Below, piece by piece: positions 1 to 12,853 of a stretch of 64,000 nt of DNA. The stretch is taken from assembly GCA_950097015.1 (NCBI GenBank), contig CATNEN010000025.1, positions 4,340,001 to 4,404,000 of the forward strand, written 5' to 3'. This DNA comes from Macrostomum hystrix. Its lineage: Eukaryota; Animalia; Platyhelminthes. A program made the translations under genes and the position numbers. The notes beneath the pieces are model-generated. The model did not search any database. It had not been told where the DNA came from and saw only the letters and a program-made list of their open reading frames with translations. Each line of letters begins with the position of its first letter. Position 1 is the first letter of the stretch.

Positions 1-125
1 AGAGAACTCGCCGACGCCAACAGAATTGATAGCGGCAACGCGCAGACAGTAGGCGGTGCTGGGAGCCAGTTTGATCAGTTTGAATTGACGCTGAGCACCG
101 CGGTAGACTTCACTAAACTCAGGCT
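1..125 (-). CDS. FNDC3: FNDC3-family gene, internal exon (FN3 domain); gene continues beyond left edge
   Basis: After ttcag acceptor the minus strand reads (E)PEFSEVYRGAQRQFKLIKLAPSTAYCLRVAAINSVGVGEFS, a typical FN3 C-terminal half (Y-x-x-R-V-x-A-x-N-x-x-G). Phase 1 matches the donor at 1373. Confidence 0.85.
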
Positions 126-144
126 CTGAATTTTTGGGAGGGCG

Positions 145-345
145 TTTGAGTCGCTAGAGAAGGATTTGAGTCGCTAGATAAGGATTTGAGTCGCTAGAGA
201 AGGATTTGAGTCGCTAGATAAGGATTTGAGTCGCTAGAGAAGGATTTGAGTCGCTAGAGAAGGATTTCAGTTGTTAGAGAAGGATTTGAGTCGTTAGAGA
301 AGGATTTGAGTCGTTAGAGAAGGAGTTGAGTTGTTAGAGAAGTCT
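145..345. repeat. 20-bp minisatellite (GAGTCGCTAGAGAAGGATTT)n in FNDC3 intron
   Basis: Tandem copies read directly. Confidence 0.9.
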
Positions 346-827
346 TTCAATCGTTAACGAAACTATTTAACGACAGATTTCTCATTTTCCATGACGACAT
401 GTCCTTTCAACAGTGGTGAAATGTGCTATATTTCACTGAGGTCTTTTCCCAAGCATCACAGAATAATGCAAATAATAAAGTTGATACTGTCCTAAAAACC
501 AGACATAATGGATCCGGCCTCCCTAATCCTATTTTCCAGAAAGCTGGCTGCCTGCCATAGTCAAAAAAAGGATCAACGAATAGCGAGAGGAAATTTGAAA
601 CGCAGGCCCGGTTGCAAAAGATTCAAAATAAAAGCCACATTTTTTCAAAGCGGCTGCAAAAAAACGCCCGGCATAGAAATGGAATATCTATACAGACGGT
701 TCGAAGCAAACACAGCGATTTCTGCTCACTCTTTGCTTATCCTCGTGTGCAGCAAAAAGCGTAACACTTGGTGGTTAGGTTACCACTATATCCAAAACAA
801 TTAATAACAGAAAGTCTGTAAACAGAC

Positions 828-1265
828 GATTAACAATCGGTAAACAGACGATTACCAATCGGTAAACAGACGATTACCAATCGGTAAACAGACGATTACC
901 AATCGGTAAACAGACGATTACCAATCGGTAAACAGACGATTACCAATCGGTAAACAGACGATTACCAATCGGTAAACAGACGATTACCAGTCAGTTAAAC
1001 AGACAATTACCAATCGGTAAACAGACAATTACCAGTCTGTTAAACAGACAATTACCAGTCTCTAAACACACAATTACCAGTCAGTTAAACAGACAATTAC
1101 CAATCGGTAAACAGACAATTACCAGTCTGTTAAACAGACAATTACCAGTCTCTAAACACACAATTACCAGTCTGTTAAACAGACGATTACCAATCGGTAA
1201 ACAGACAATTACCAACCTTTGAACAGACAATTACAAATCTGTTAAACAGACAATTACCAATCTGA
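828..1265. repeat. 22-bp minisatellite (TAAACAGACGATTACCAATCGG)n
   Basis: Tandem copies read directly; more degenerate towards the 3' end. Confidence 0.9.
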
Positions 1266-1372
1266 TAGACAGACGTAAAATCAATACCTTAAATAGACGA
1301 TAACCAATACACAAAACTAGATTCAATATAAATAAATATATATATATAAGATCAGAGTTCACTGCTGCTCAC

Positions 1373-2392
1373 CTGAGCCCGGCGCATTACGGGCGCACTC
1401 CAAGGAATAGGCGACCACTTTTGCGCCGTTGTCTTCAGCAGGAGGCGACCAGCGCACAGACAGGCCGCTTTTAGTTCGCCCAAACTGTTGCGGCGGCGAG
1501 GGCGCGGCCGGGGCGCTGCACAGGGTGCAGAACGCCCTTGGCTGGGTAAATCTGCCACGCAGCGAGTCCACCTTAGCCAGAGCTTTGATGTGGTACTCGC
1601 GATTCGGCTTCAAATCTTGCAGGCTGATCTCCTCGGCCTGGCCGTCGAAGACGCGATTGTAGGCTGCGTCGGAGCCGGACTCTGAGAGATGAAGCTCGAA
1701 GTTCAGGCTGGGATAGAAGGCCTCGGGCAGACAGTCAGCTGACGGCGGGAACAGGTGAATTAAGGCACTTCTAAGCTGGATCTCCGATACCTGGGGCAGC
1801 TTGATGCTGGCTAGGGCCTGGCGCAGAGCCTCTTCGGTAATGTTGGCCTGCTGCAATAGGCTGCGCAGATCCGGTTGCGAGTCGGCGACAGCGGAGACTG
1901 CAGCTTCGTTTGTTGATGCTGTCGAGGATGGCGTTGACGAGGTGGGTGCAGTCGACGGGACCTGCTGGGACCCTCGCTGCTGCTGCTGCTGCTGCTGCTG
2001 CCGGCGTTGTCTTGGCGGAAAATCAGGGAACTCGTCCACTGATGACGAGCTGTCACCGACGCCATTCTCGGGAGTGTTGCGAACCAGATTCTGCTGCTGC
2101 TGCTGCTGCTGATGCTGCTGCTGCTGATATTGTGCATACTGCTGCTGCTGCTGCTGCTGCTGCTTTTGGTGCTGCTGTTGCTGCAAAAGCTGCGGCATTG
2201 GCTGCTGTTGCTGCTGGTGTGATGAGTGGTGCTGCTGTTGGTAGTGGTGCTGCTGCTGTGGCAGCAACTGCGGCTGCTGCTGATGCTGCTGATGCTGATT
2301 TGACGAGGAATAGGCCAGACGGGGCGCTTGATGCGCCTGTCGACCCAGATGGCCGTAGCCGCTGTACTGACCGTTGTCACCGTTTAGAGAGC
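1373..2392 (-). CDS. FNDC3: FNDC3-family exon: polyQ low-complexity region followed by FN3 domains
   Basis: Acceptor ttttag|GC at 2392, donor G|gtgag at 1373. Encodes polyQ tracts, then LKPNREYHIKALAKV and PAAPSPP...SGLSVRWSPPAEDNGAKVVAYSLE (FN3 motifs). Confidence 0.85.
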
Positions 2393-3016
2393 CTAAAAAT
2401 GGAGAGGTAGAAATAATTGATTAACGCAATTAAAGCAGGAACTCGGTTAATGTGTGATCAACTCATAAATCATTTTACTCGAGATAAGACCTATAACTCT
2501 CGCCAGATTATAACACCCTTAATAAGGCTTTCTAAGCCGAAAACACGATTTTTGAACAGGAAATAACTATCCTTACGCCTACTAATTAACATACATTATA
2601 ATATAATTAAGACAAAGCCAAAGGCAAATTCTATACGATCTCTATAAAATCCTAATTCGCAATCGATAAAAAATTCCGACCAGTCATCCACCGAAATCTA
2701 AAAATATCCCCCGTTCTATAATCCGCAGTGTAGAAACTCCCAGAAATATTTATTCCAGGGAAGTGGCGGCGACTGTGACCGATGGCGCGAAATTCTCTAA
2801 CCCTTTAGGTCAAGCAAAGGTCAACCCGAAGCTAACCCGAACCCGTATGCCAGCGCGTATATTATTCCAAAAAATATTGCGCATTATAATACGTATTTAT
2901 TTAGCTAAGGGCATCAAATCAAACTGCAAGACAGTGCAGCTTAAATTACCACAGATGGCCACCTGCCCTAAGTCATTGCCGCTACACTTAACGCGCTGAT
3001 TGGACAGCGAATATTG

Positions 3017-4765
3017 GTGGGTGGGGTTTGTGGGGTATGGGTCAGGCTTGTTGGGTGGGTTTTGTGGGGTATGGGTCAGGCTTGTTGGGCGGAGTTTGTG
3101 AGGTATGGGTCAGGCTTGTTGGGTGGGGTTTGTGGGGTATGGGTCAGACTTGTTGGGCGGAGTTTGTGAGGTATGGTTCAGACTTGTTGGTCGCTGTTTG
3201 TGGGGTATGGGTCAGACTTGATGAATGGAGTTTGTGGGGTATGGGTCAGGCTTGTTGCATGGAGTTTGTGGGGTATGGGTCAGGCTTGTTGCATGGGGTT
3301 TGTGGGGTATGGGTCAGACTTGATGAATGGAGTTTGTGGGGTATGGGTCAGGCTTGTTGCATGGGGTTTGTGGGGTATGGGTCAGGCTTGTTGCATGGAG
3401 TTTGTGGGGTATGGGTCAGGCTTGTTAAATGGGGTTTGTGGGGTATGGGTCAGGCTTGATGAATGGAGTTTGTGGGGTATGGGTCAGGCTTGTTGCATGG
3501 GGTTTGTGGGGTATGGGTCAGGCTTGTTGGGTGGGTTTTGTGGGGCATGGGTGACGCTTGTTCAATGGGGCTTGTGGGGTATGGCTCGGGCTTGTTGGGT
3601 GGGGTTTTTGGGGTATGGGTCGGGCTTGTTGGGTGGGGTTTGTGGGGTATGGGTCAGACTTGATGAATGGAGTTTGTGGGGTATGGGTCAGACTTGATGA
3701 ATGGAGTTTGTGGGGTATGGGTCAGGCTTGTTGCATGGGGTTTGTGGGGTATGTGTCAGGCTTGTTGGGTGGGGTTTGTGGGGTATGGGTCAGGCTTGTT
3801 GCATGGGGTTTGTGGGATATGGGTCAGGCTTGATGGGTGGGGTTTGTGGCGTATGGGTCAGGCTTGTTAGGTGGGGTTTGTGGGGTATGGGTCAGACTTG
3901 TTGGGCGGAGTTTGTGAGGTATGGGTTAGGCTTGTTGGGTGGGGTTTGTGGGGTATGGGTCAGGCTTGTTGGGTGGGTTTTGTGGGGTATGGGTCAGGCT
4001 TGTTGGGCGGAGTTTGTGAGGTATGGGTCAGGCTTGTTGGGTGGGGTTTGTGGGGTATGGGTCAGACTTGTTGGGCGGAGTTTGTGAGGTATGGTTCAGA
4101 CTTGTTGGTCGCTGTTTGTGGGGTATGGGTCAGACTTGATGAATGGAGTTTGTGGGGTATGGGTCAGACTTGATGAATGGAGTTTGTGGGGTATGGGTCA
4201 GGCTTGTTGCATGGGGTTTGTGGGGTATGGGTCAGGCTTGTTAAATGGGGTTTGTGGGGTATGGGTCAGGCTTGTTGCATGGAGTTTGTGGGGTATGGGT
4301 CAGGCTTTATGAATGGGGTTTGTGGGGTATGTGTCAGGCTTGTTGGGTGGGGTTTGTGGGGTATGGGTCAGGCTTGTTGCATGGGGTTTGTGGGGTATGG
4401 GTCAGACTTGTTGGGCGGAGTTTGTGAGGTATGGGTCAGGCTTGTTGGGTGGGGTTTGTGGGGTATGGGTCAGGCTTGTTGGGTGGGTTTTGTGGGGTAT
4501 GGGTCAGGCTTGTTGGGTGGGTTTTGTGGGGTATGGGTCAGGCTTGTTGGGTGGGGTTTGTGGGGTATGGGTCAGGCTTGTTGGGTGGGTTTTGTGGGGT
4601 ATGGGTCAGGCTTGTTGGGTGGGTTTTGTGGGGTATGGGTCAGGCTTGTTGGGTGGGGTTTGTGGGGTATGGGTCAGACTTGTTGGGCGGAGTTTGTGAG
4701 GTATGGTTCAGACTTGTTGGTCGCTGTTTGTGGGGTATGGGTCAGGCTTGTTGGGTGGGTTTTTG
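3017..4765. repeat. 34-bp G-rich minisatellite (GGGTGGGGTTTGTGGGGTATGGGTCAGGCTTGTT)n
   Basis: About 50 tandem units with variant blocks; source of all G/V/W/C-rich ORFs at 3028-4883. Confidence 0.95.
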
Positions 4766-5747
4766 GGCATGTGTGGGTAAAATTTATGTTTGGATCTATT
4801 TTCGTTTTTACTACTTAGTTAGTATACATTTTCTGTCTAATTCTTACCTATTTTTCTGTAACGACACCAAGCTATTTTGTTAATGACTGAAACTGAAACA
4901 GCATTTAACTCAGGAGTTTTATAAACCGGAGCCGTGTAGCGCATTCATTTATTCAGCATTTTTTCAAAGGATTAAGGAGTTTCGACAAAAAACTTGTCGA
5001 TTGGGATTAAGCGAGGAGGAGAGAGGGTGAAAAGAGAAAATGAGACGCGAGGTAGGAGGAGGAGCGAAAATTGAAGAGTAGGGCGCCGCCGCCACAACCG
5101 GTTGGGGTTGCCATGCTAGGAATCTATGCCATTTGAGCATATAAGCCAGCTATGACTGGTATAGCACAGTAGAGGCAATTGGGTAACTGTTGGGTGCGTG
5201 TTCCGAGGCTCGTGTTGCACAGCCAAACATTAATAATAATAGTAGAACTAATAAAATTATAAAGTTTAAGTCAAGCAATCGAAGAAATGGTGAGCTACAC
5301 AAAATTATATAGCTTGAACTGCTTGAGCTATCCCAGTACGAGGTCTGAAGTTCGAATCTGTACTGTTAACAAAGACGTATTTTTTCACTTTTAGAGAGGA
5401 ACCTAGGCGGGGCATTGTTTGGGCTTTGACTAATAAAAGTGAAACGCAACACAGGCTTACGGCATGCCACTTAAACAGCCGGAGCATTTAGGGTTGCTTT
5501 AAATAAATGCACTTGTGATTGACTAAATATGACCCAGACAGAAATGTGTGTCGCATCGCTGAGCCCCTAATCCTCCAGTCATGACACTGACGATTTATTC
5601 TAGTGCACTCAGTGCATGCTCTCGCTCTTATTTCAAAAAGAGCTTAAGTTGTCGCGAAATCTAAATACTAGAAGTCATCAATGACGACCAACTTATATAC
5701 AGATTTCTAGCCATAATAGGAAACCACTGCATAAACTAGCTAATTAG

Positions 5748-5967
5748 CAATCAATCAATCAATCAATCAATCAAGCAATAAAAAATCTATCAATTAATAA
5801 ATCAAACAAACACTCAATCAATTATTCAAGCAAGCAAGCGAGCAACCAAGCCATCGATTGATCGATCAATCAATTAATCAGTTAATTAATCAATCAATCA
5901 AGCGATTAATCAATCAAGCAAGCGAGCGATTGAGCAACCAAGCAACCAAGCAATCGATCGTTGGTCG

Positions 5968-6016
<49 letters not shown>

Positions 6017-6125
6017 GCAAGCAAGCAATCAATCAATCAAGCAAGCAATCAATCAATCAAGCAAGCAAGCAAGCAATCAAGCAAGCAATCAATCAATCAA
6101 TCAAGCAAGCAAGCAATCAATCAAT

Positions 6126-6156
<31 letters not shown>

Positions 6157-6201
6157 TCAATCAATCAATCAAGCAATCAATCAAGCAAGCAAGCAATCAA
6201 T

Positions 6202-6264
<63 letters not shown>

Positions 6265-6265
6265 A
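5748..6265. repeat. Compound (AATC)n/(AAGC)n microsatellite
   Basis: Read directly; explains the INQS/KQAS ORFs. Confidence 0.95.
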
Positions 6266-7003
6266 CAGCGAGACAAATCAAGTACGACGTAAGTACGAGT
6301 AATTAGATCGTATGCGAACTACGACATACATAAAATGCACTTAAGACTAGAAAGTGGGATTAGGCAATCGGTAATTTTTTTCGGTCGAGACAGATCAATT
6401 TTAATGCTCGCTGGTAGTGGCAGTTCTTCTGACAGCAAGGACACAAATTTAAGCAGGCTTCTAGTTCAGTTGTACTTAAAAAGGCATGATAATAAATGCC
6501 ACGAGCCGCAGTTGATGCGGCAGACATTGTAAAATATAATAATATAATAAATACAGGCCATGATCCTATATTAGTCTAGGCTCCCAGAAGCCCACTAGAC
6601 AAGAAAAAACACACAGATTAAGAGTGCGCACGGCACTATGATTATTATAACAGAAGATTGTGTATTTAGGGAGGCTACATGCTATAATAGCACCGAAATC
6701 GGTTGGTAAGGTTGAATTGGCGAATAACGGGAGAGGTAGGAAGGCCAGGGTTAGAGGGGAGGATGTTTTAAACGGCCCAGACAGTGGAATCGCCCAAGTT
6801 CCCTTATTCGTATTCGGACAGTGTAATCCAACAAGAGTTCCGGTGCAAGAATTTCGATATGGAAGGAAGGTGGAAGGAAGGAAGGGATGGGAGGTGAGAG
6901 CTACAGTACAAGTACTATGGAAACTTTCGCTGACCAACAAACAATAATAATAATAATTGCAGGAGGGCTGTGGGCAATTGCACATCATTTGGTGACACTA
7001 GAC

Positions 7004-7620
7004 CAGGGGTTGGCAAACTCCGGCCCGCGGGCCAGATGCGGCCCTCGAAGCTCCCAAATCCGGCCCGTTGCCCCTTCCAACACCTATAGTATCATCTCAT
7101 CTCTCATCTCTCCCGTGTCTCATCTATCCCGTGTCTCATCTCTCCCGTGTCTCATCTATCCCGTGTCTCATCTCTCCCGTGTCTCATCTATCCCGTGTCT
7201 CATCTCTCCCGTGTCTTATCTTTCCCGTGTCTCATCTCTCCCGTGTCTCATCTCTCCCGTGTCTCATCTATGCCGTGTCTCATCTCTCCCGTGTCTCATC
7301 TCTCCCGTGTCTTATCTTTCCCGTGTCTCATCTCTCCCGTGTCTCATCTCTCCCGTGTCTCATCTCTCCCGTGTCTCATCTCTCCCGTGTCTTATCTCTC
7401 CCGTGTCTCAATCTATCCCGTGTCTCATCTCTCCTGTGTCTCATTTATCCCGTGTCTCATCTCTCCCGTGTCTCATCTCTCCCGTGTCTCATTTATCCCG
7501 TGTCTCATCTCTCCCGTGTCTCATCTCTTCCTTATATCATATTTCTATAATCAAAGCGGCCCGCTGTCGTCTTTTAGATTCTCTCTTTGGCCCGCCAGCT
7601 AATAAGTTTGCCGACCCCTG
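7004..7620. mobile_element. Non-autonomous hAT-type MITE with internal 16-bp minisatellite
   Basis: TIRs CAGGGGTTGGCAAACT (7004) and AGTTTGCCGACCCCTG (ends 7620); exact 8-bp target-site duplication CACTAGAC at 6996-7003 and 7621-7628; interior is (GTCTCATCTCTCCCGT)n at ~7090-7530. Confidence 0.9.
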
Positions 7621-8184
7621 CACTAGACTGATCGTAAAATCAAGTTCTCTAGACTCAAAATAAACTCAAATTGTTTAGACTTGGCTACCTGACTTAGTAC
7701 TATAATAACCAAGCTATGACGGCTAAAATGATAGTAAATTATGATTAGATTATAAAAAACACAAAACGATTCAAAGTGCCTACCCGTCTATCACTGCGTC
7801 CACAAGCATATGTGAAGTGTTTAACTATTCCAAGGTTGCAATATAGATCTTCTTTTAAGCCTTAAAAGCAGTCGACAGTCTTATAATAGCTAGGGAATTA
7901 GATGGGGCCTCGTCAGCTTCATTCCTACAGTTCCCCTCATGCCATACCACAATCTCCCATGTCTGCGATCCTTTTAAACAATTTCTTCAACACTTAGCCA
8001 ACCTTCTTGCGCTCTCTTGTCGCAAAAGTGTTCCTTAACCTGAATCTTTGCCCAAGCCCATATACCACTGATTAGCACCCGGGTTTTGGCATCGCTACAC
8101 TAATGGGTTATGAACAAATATTGTGGCAATCTTATGTATTCTATTATGTAATGAATCTATTTAAGTTTGGCAGCGAGGGGGTCG

Positions 8185-8480
8185 GGGGCAGGGCGGTTAA
8201 CGCGTTTGCCTCTCGCACCAAGGTCCCTAAGCTCGATTCCGCGGCGAAGCCACACTTATTTGGGACGCAGCCGCGGAGAGAAGGCTTGGTGGCTTGTCGC
8301 GCAATTTGTGCCCTTGATGGCCAACCTCCAAGGCACAGTGAAGTATACACTGCCTGGCTATGAGAAAGTCTGAGCAGATGTACACACCTGCTCAGACATG
8401 CCTGCGTACAGTATCTGAGTGCGTGTGTGCTCAGGAGTCAGCGAAATGGGCAGAATTGCCTCCTCGCTGGCTGCGTTAAG
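8185..8480 (+). mobile_element. tRNA-derived SINE, family A
   Basis: Degenerate tRNA-like head (ggttaacgcgtttgcctctcg...agctcgattcc); body closely matches the reverse-strand copy at 19190-19490. Confidence 0.7.
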
Positions 8481-9083
8481 TTCATGATGAGTCTAAGGAA
8501 ATTCTGTTGATAATTATTCAAGTCTAGAGTACTAAAGTTTATCAGGAGCCAATGAAGAGCAGAAGAGGTAAACAATATTACTCATTTAGATAGATGGCAG
8601 TGGTAAAGGAATCCCGTTTCCCTTACCTAGAAATTGCCACAGCCTCGACCAATAATAAAAAATGGCTGGCCAATTCCTCCAGCGATTCCCAGATTTGGCA
8701 AGGTTCCAGGAAACACGCAGATGGGAACATCTGCAGTTGAAGTCGCCCCCTATTAAAAAAACGGTCATTCGGTACAGCCGCACCGAGACAGACAAAATGC
8801 CGAGGAACCTCGGGAGGCCAAACAGGGCAGCAGATGGGAAGATAGTAGGGCGATTAGCAAGACTCGGCCGCTAAGATGAAAATTGGCGCGAATCGGCTAA
8901 TAAAGAGCGATAACTCTATAAAAGACAAAGCAGGTTAGCTTAGCGGGGCAGAACTGCATTTTTCAGACAAAATAAAGCGTAGACGACAGTAAGATTTCCT
9001 GTCTGGGAATAAGAAAATTCTATACTTGTAATTATCCAAATAGCCTTATTTGGTCTGGTTAAAGAGATTCCATTTTATCTTAC

Positions 9084-9110
9084 CTCGGGGTGATCCTCGT
9101 TTTCGTCTGA

Positions 9111-9156
<46 letters not shown>

Positions 9157-9266
9157 AACGAGTGGAGGCGGCTGCTGCTGTTGCTGCTGAGCACGCCGAG
9201 TTTTTAGTCGATTCTGCAGCTTGCTCTTGTGCCGCTCGGCTCTGTCGTCCATCATTAGTGAGGAAG
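9084..9266 (-). CDS. FNDC3: FNDC3-family exon (basic coiled segment plus polyQ)
   Basis: Acceptor ctccag|CT, donor G|gtaag; reads MMDDRAERHKSKLQNRLKTRR. Phase 1-1 fits the neighbouring exons. Confidence 0.75.
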
Positions 9267-9461
9267 CTGGAGAAATGGCGAATAGAGGAATGAGTTTTTA
9301 TCACACTGGCCGGATTACAATTAGACGCGTTCTAACAGTATTTCAATTCGAGTACTGGTGGCTTGCAACCGGTTCTAACAGGCCCGAACAACCTGTGTTT
9401 TAAACAGGTTTTTTTTCACCTGCCTAGTAACTGAAGTTTGCAGTTTCTACTGGTCTAGCAA

Positions 9462-10015
9462 CCGGTGTTTTTATTGGTCTAGCAACCAGTGTCTTACTGG
9501 TCTAGCAACCAGTGTCTTACTGGTCTAGCAACCAGTGTCTTACTGGTCTAGCAACCGGTGTCTTACTGGTCTAGCAACCGGTGTTTTTACTGGTCTAGCA
9601 ACCGGTGTTTTTACTGGTCCAGCAACCGGCGTCTTACTGGTCTAGCAACCGGTGTTTTTACTGGTCCAGCAACCGGCGTCTTACTGGTCTAGCAACCGGT
9701 GTTTTTACTAGTCTAGCAACCGGTGTCTTAATGATCTAGCAACCGGTGTCTTACTGATCTAGCAACCGGTGTCTTAATGATCTAGCAACCGGTGTCTTAC
9801 TGATCTAGCAACCGGTGTCTTACTGATCTAGCAACCGGTGTCTTACTGATCTAGCAACCGGTGTTTTTACTAGTCTAGCAACCGGTGTCTTACTGATCTA
9901 GCAACCGGTGTCTTACTGGTCTAGCAACCGGTGTCTTACTGATCTAGCAACCGGTGTCTTACTGATCTAGCAACCGGTGTTTTTACTGGTCTAGCAACCG
10001 GTGTCTTACTGGTCT
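9462..10015. repeat. 23-bp minisatellite (TACTGGTCTAGCAACCGGTGTCT)n
   Basis: Tandem copies read directly. Confidence 0.9.
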
Positions 10016-12039
10016 GATAAAATGATAATACTTACAGAAACTGTGACGATTAAAAATGACTTCTGATATGCAAATAAAACAAAGAACTACATAATTAGCC
10101 AGAGTACAATCAGAGTTGAAATAGAAAAAAAACTTTACAAAAATGTAAAATAGCATCAGAGGTTTTGATTATATTGATTAAAAACAGCTGACAATGTAGA
10201 TTTTTAGCTGAGCGGGCGCACATAGTGCGGCAAGGCTGGAGTGAGAGGGTCTGTACTCCAGTGTACACTATAAGCTTTCTTGATTTAAAGAAAGAGAGAG
10301 AGAGAGAGAGAGCAAAGTAGGGCAAGGCAGAGAAAATACTTTGAGCAAACAAGTAAGCTAGAAGCATATTGCCGTGAGCGCGGCTACTTGTGTCCGCAAA
10401 GCTAGTCATTGGAATAAAGGGCCAGAGATATGGTAAATAGGGCGTGTTGCTGGGTGGAAATTGATAAGTACTCTGCTGATATTGCACAGGTGACAAGCCA
10501 AGATTTCACTATATAGTTGGGGGTGTAGGCGCGCCGCTAGACGCGAGAAGTTCAGAGAAGAGAGAAAGAGAGGGAGAGAGAGAGAGCAGGAAGGCGAGAA
10601 GGAAGAGGAATAACTTGTGCACTCAGACGAACATTTCATTTGCATAATAATTTTAACATACAAAAAACTTTATCTAACTCGATAGAAAATGTCACTACTA
10701 CAGAATTTAGTATTTCGTTACAGCAGTCTAAAGACGTCCGCGGCAAACTCCACGAGTTCAGACGCGTGTTTAAGCCGGTGAAAGAGCCAATATTTGAAGA
10801 CTATGCGTGTCAATCATACACTTTATATTAATAGCTGCCTGAGGCCAGACAATAGATGCAGGGGCTGTGGCGAAAAGGAAGTGCAAAAGGCTGGGATATA
10901 TTGGGCCTTTGGTTTTCAAAAAATAAAGGTACGCTACTCCCTGTCACTCCAACTATAACCTGTTCTATAATTCGCCGAATAGAAAAATCTAGAATCTGAT
11001 TCAAGTTACGAGTAGAAATAATACTTCCATCCACACGATTAGATACAGATACTAGATATTGTGTTATCATGTGTCAAACTGTAAGTGACAGCCGTTTGCA
11101 CATGATATGAAAATAGCGAATTCGGCAACGCCAGCAGAAATTTGTCAGCTTCAACCCAGGTCGCTGGCAACTGTCCATAGCCGCACGCCATAGGGTAATC
11201 ATCTCATTAGGAATGAGAGCCACACACAAGCCAATCTAATTGGGGTCCTATATTAGGGACGCATAGAAACTGCAAGCGCCTGAGGTGGCAATGACGGGGG
11301 AGGACAGATTAAAGAGGCCTCTTGAGAGAAGCAGTATAAAGAGCCGAATAGTGTAAAAAAATAGGCCTATTTTTAGCACAGCAGCATATTGCTTAGACCG
11401 TCTCTGCAATAGCGACAGTGGCAGCAGCAGTAGCATCAGAAAGGTAAAGTAAAACATAGGTGAATAGAAAGGGCAGGAAAGCCCCGCAAAGAATCTCAGA
11501 CGATGCGATTTTCCAGTCGTCCTTCATCCAGCCTAGAAAAAAATCTTCGCCTTCCCGAATACGAGACGGTCGGTAGCGGAGATGGGATCAACGGCCGACG
11601 CACAAGTGGGGGGGGAAAAGAAACAGTAGCCAAGGATAGGCATTAGTAGAGAGGGTGGCATGGTTGCTGAGGATGTGGGGCAAGATACATGTATATGCGA
11701 TCGGCGGATCCGCCAAAATGCTAAATTTGGCAAGCATATCAGCACGGCCTCTTGTCAGGTCAGACTATAGGCCTCTCCATCCTATCCCTACTTACCTGTC
11801 CGAACCATGCCAGTGGGCCGGGCCAGTTTCATTCAAGGAGAATTTCCAACCAAATATTTATCACGCCTCTTAATTTCCATTTAGTAGCAGCTCATAGTTG
11901 ACGCCTTGTCAATATTTTTTTCTAATTCTTAGCCTCAAATAAACATTTTTGAACGATTACACGATTAGAATCACATTTGGTCTCATACGTGTTGATAAAA
12001 ACAGCAGAAAAACATTTAAAAAAATTATAGGCCACTCAC

Positions 12040-12853
12040 GTCCTCCCAGACTGTTGATAGCGCCACCCGGAGACGACTGAGGCGAGATGACTAAAGTGCA
12101 AGGAATCGAAGACAAGCCGCCGCTAGCCACGCCGCCACTGATGGCCTGAGGGGAGGAGCTAACCACATAGTGCTGCTGCTGTGTAAGCTGCTGCTGCTGC
12201 TGCTGAGGTGGTGGCGGCGGAGGCGGAGGAGCCATAGCGGCCGGAGCAGGCAGGAGGTGGTGCAGAGCAGTGTGCGGATAATAGACCGGGCCGGGAGAAG
12301 GATGCGGAGAGGGTGCGTGCTGCGGCGACAGTATAACGTGTGTTAGGATGCCGTTCTCGTCTACAATCTGTTGCACTAGATGACCCGGGGGAACCTGCAT
12401 AGGCATTGGCAGAGGCGGTCCGCTATTTGACACCATGCGTACCGTGGCCGGACCCCGGACGTGCTGAATCTGATCACCGACTCGCACACAGAAAGTCTCG
12501 CCGGCGCCAACGTGCACCATGACAATGTGCTCGCTGCCAGCGCTAACTGGCAAAGCTCGCAACTGCGGCGGCAGTGGCAGCATCTGGGGGAGCGGCTGCG
12601 GCGGCAGAGACTCCGGCATGAGCAGGCTGGTTGGCCTCACTGGCGGATGCTGCATTGGCGGTTGAATTGACGAGGCCTTCTCGTGAAAGTCTAAGTCTCC
12701 AGCGCTTATTTGCTCGGCCATTGTTGTCTCCGGATAGGTCGAATAGCCGGCCTCAGTAATAGTTGGAATGTAGACATTTTCGGCATTGACAACTGGGCCA
12801 GCATCTGCTTGGCCATTGTTGCCGGCGGCGGCTTCATCGCCGTTGGCTTGCAT
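12040..12853 (-). CDS. FNDC3: FNDC3-family first coding exon (Pro-rich N-terminus)
   Basis: ATG at 12853, donor C|gtgag at 12040. Contains VHVGAGETF...VRGPATVRMVSNSGPPLPMPMQVPPGHLVQQIVDENGILTHVILSP, which I recognise as the conserved FNDC3A/B N-terminal motif. Confidence 0.85.

Noticed and set aside
3028-4883. Many G/V/W/C-rich ORFs
   Set aside because: All are translations of the 34-bp satellite within an FNDC3 intron.
10700-11070. Penelope-like GIY-YIG remnant (CIYCL...NIGSFTGLNTRL, minus strand)
   Set aside because: Motif match is too weak and is interrupted by several stops; cannot be supported without a profile search.
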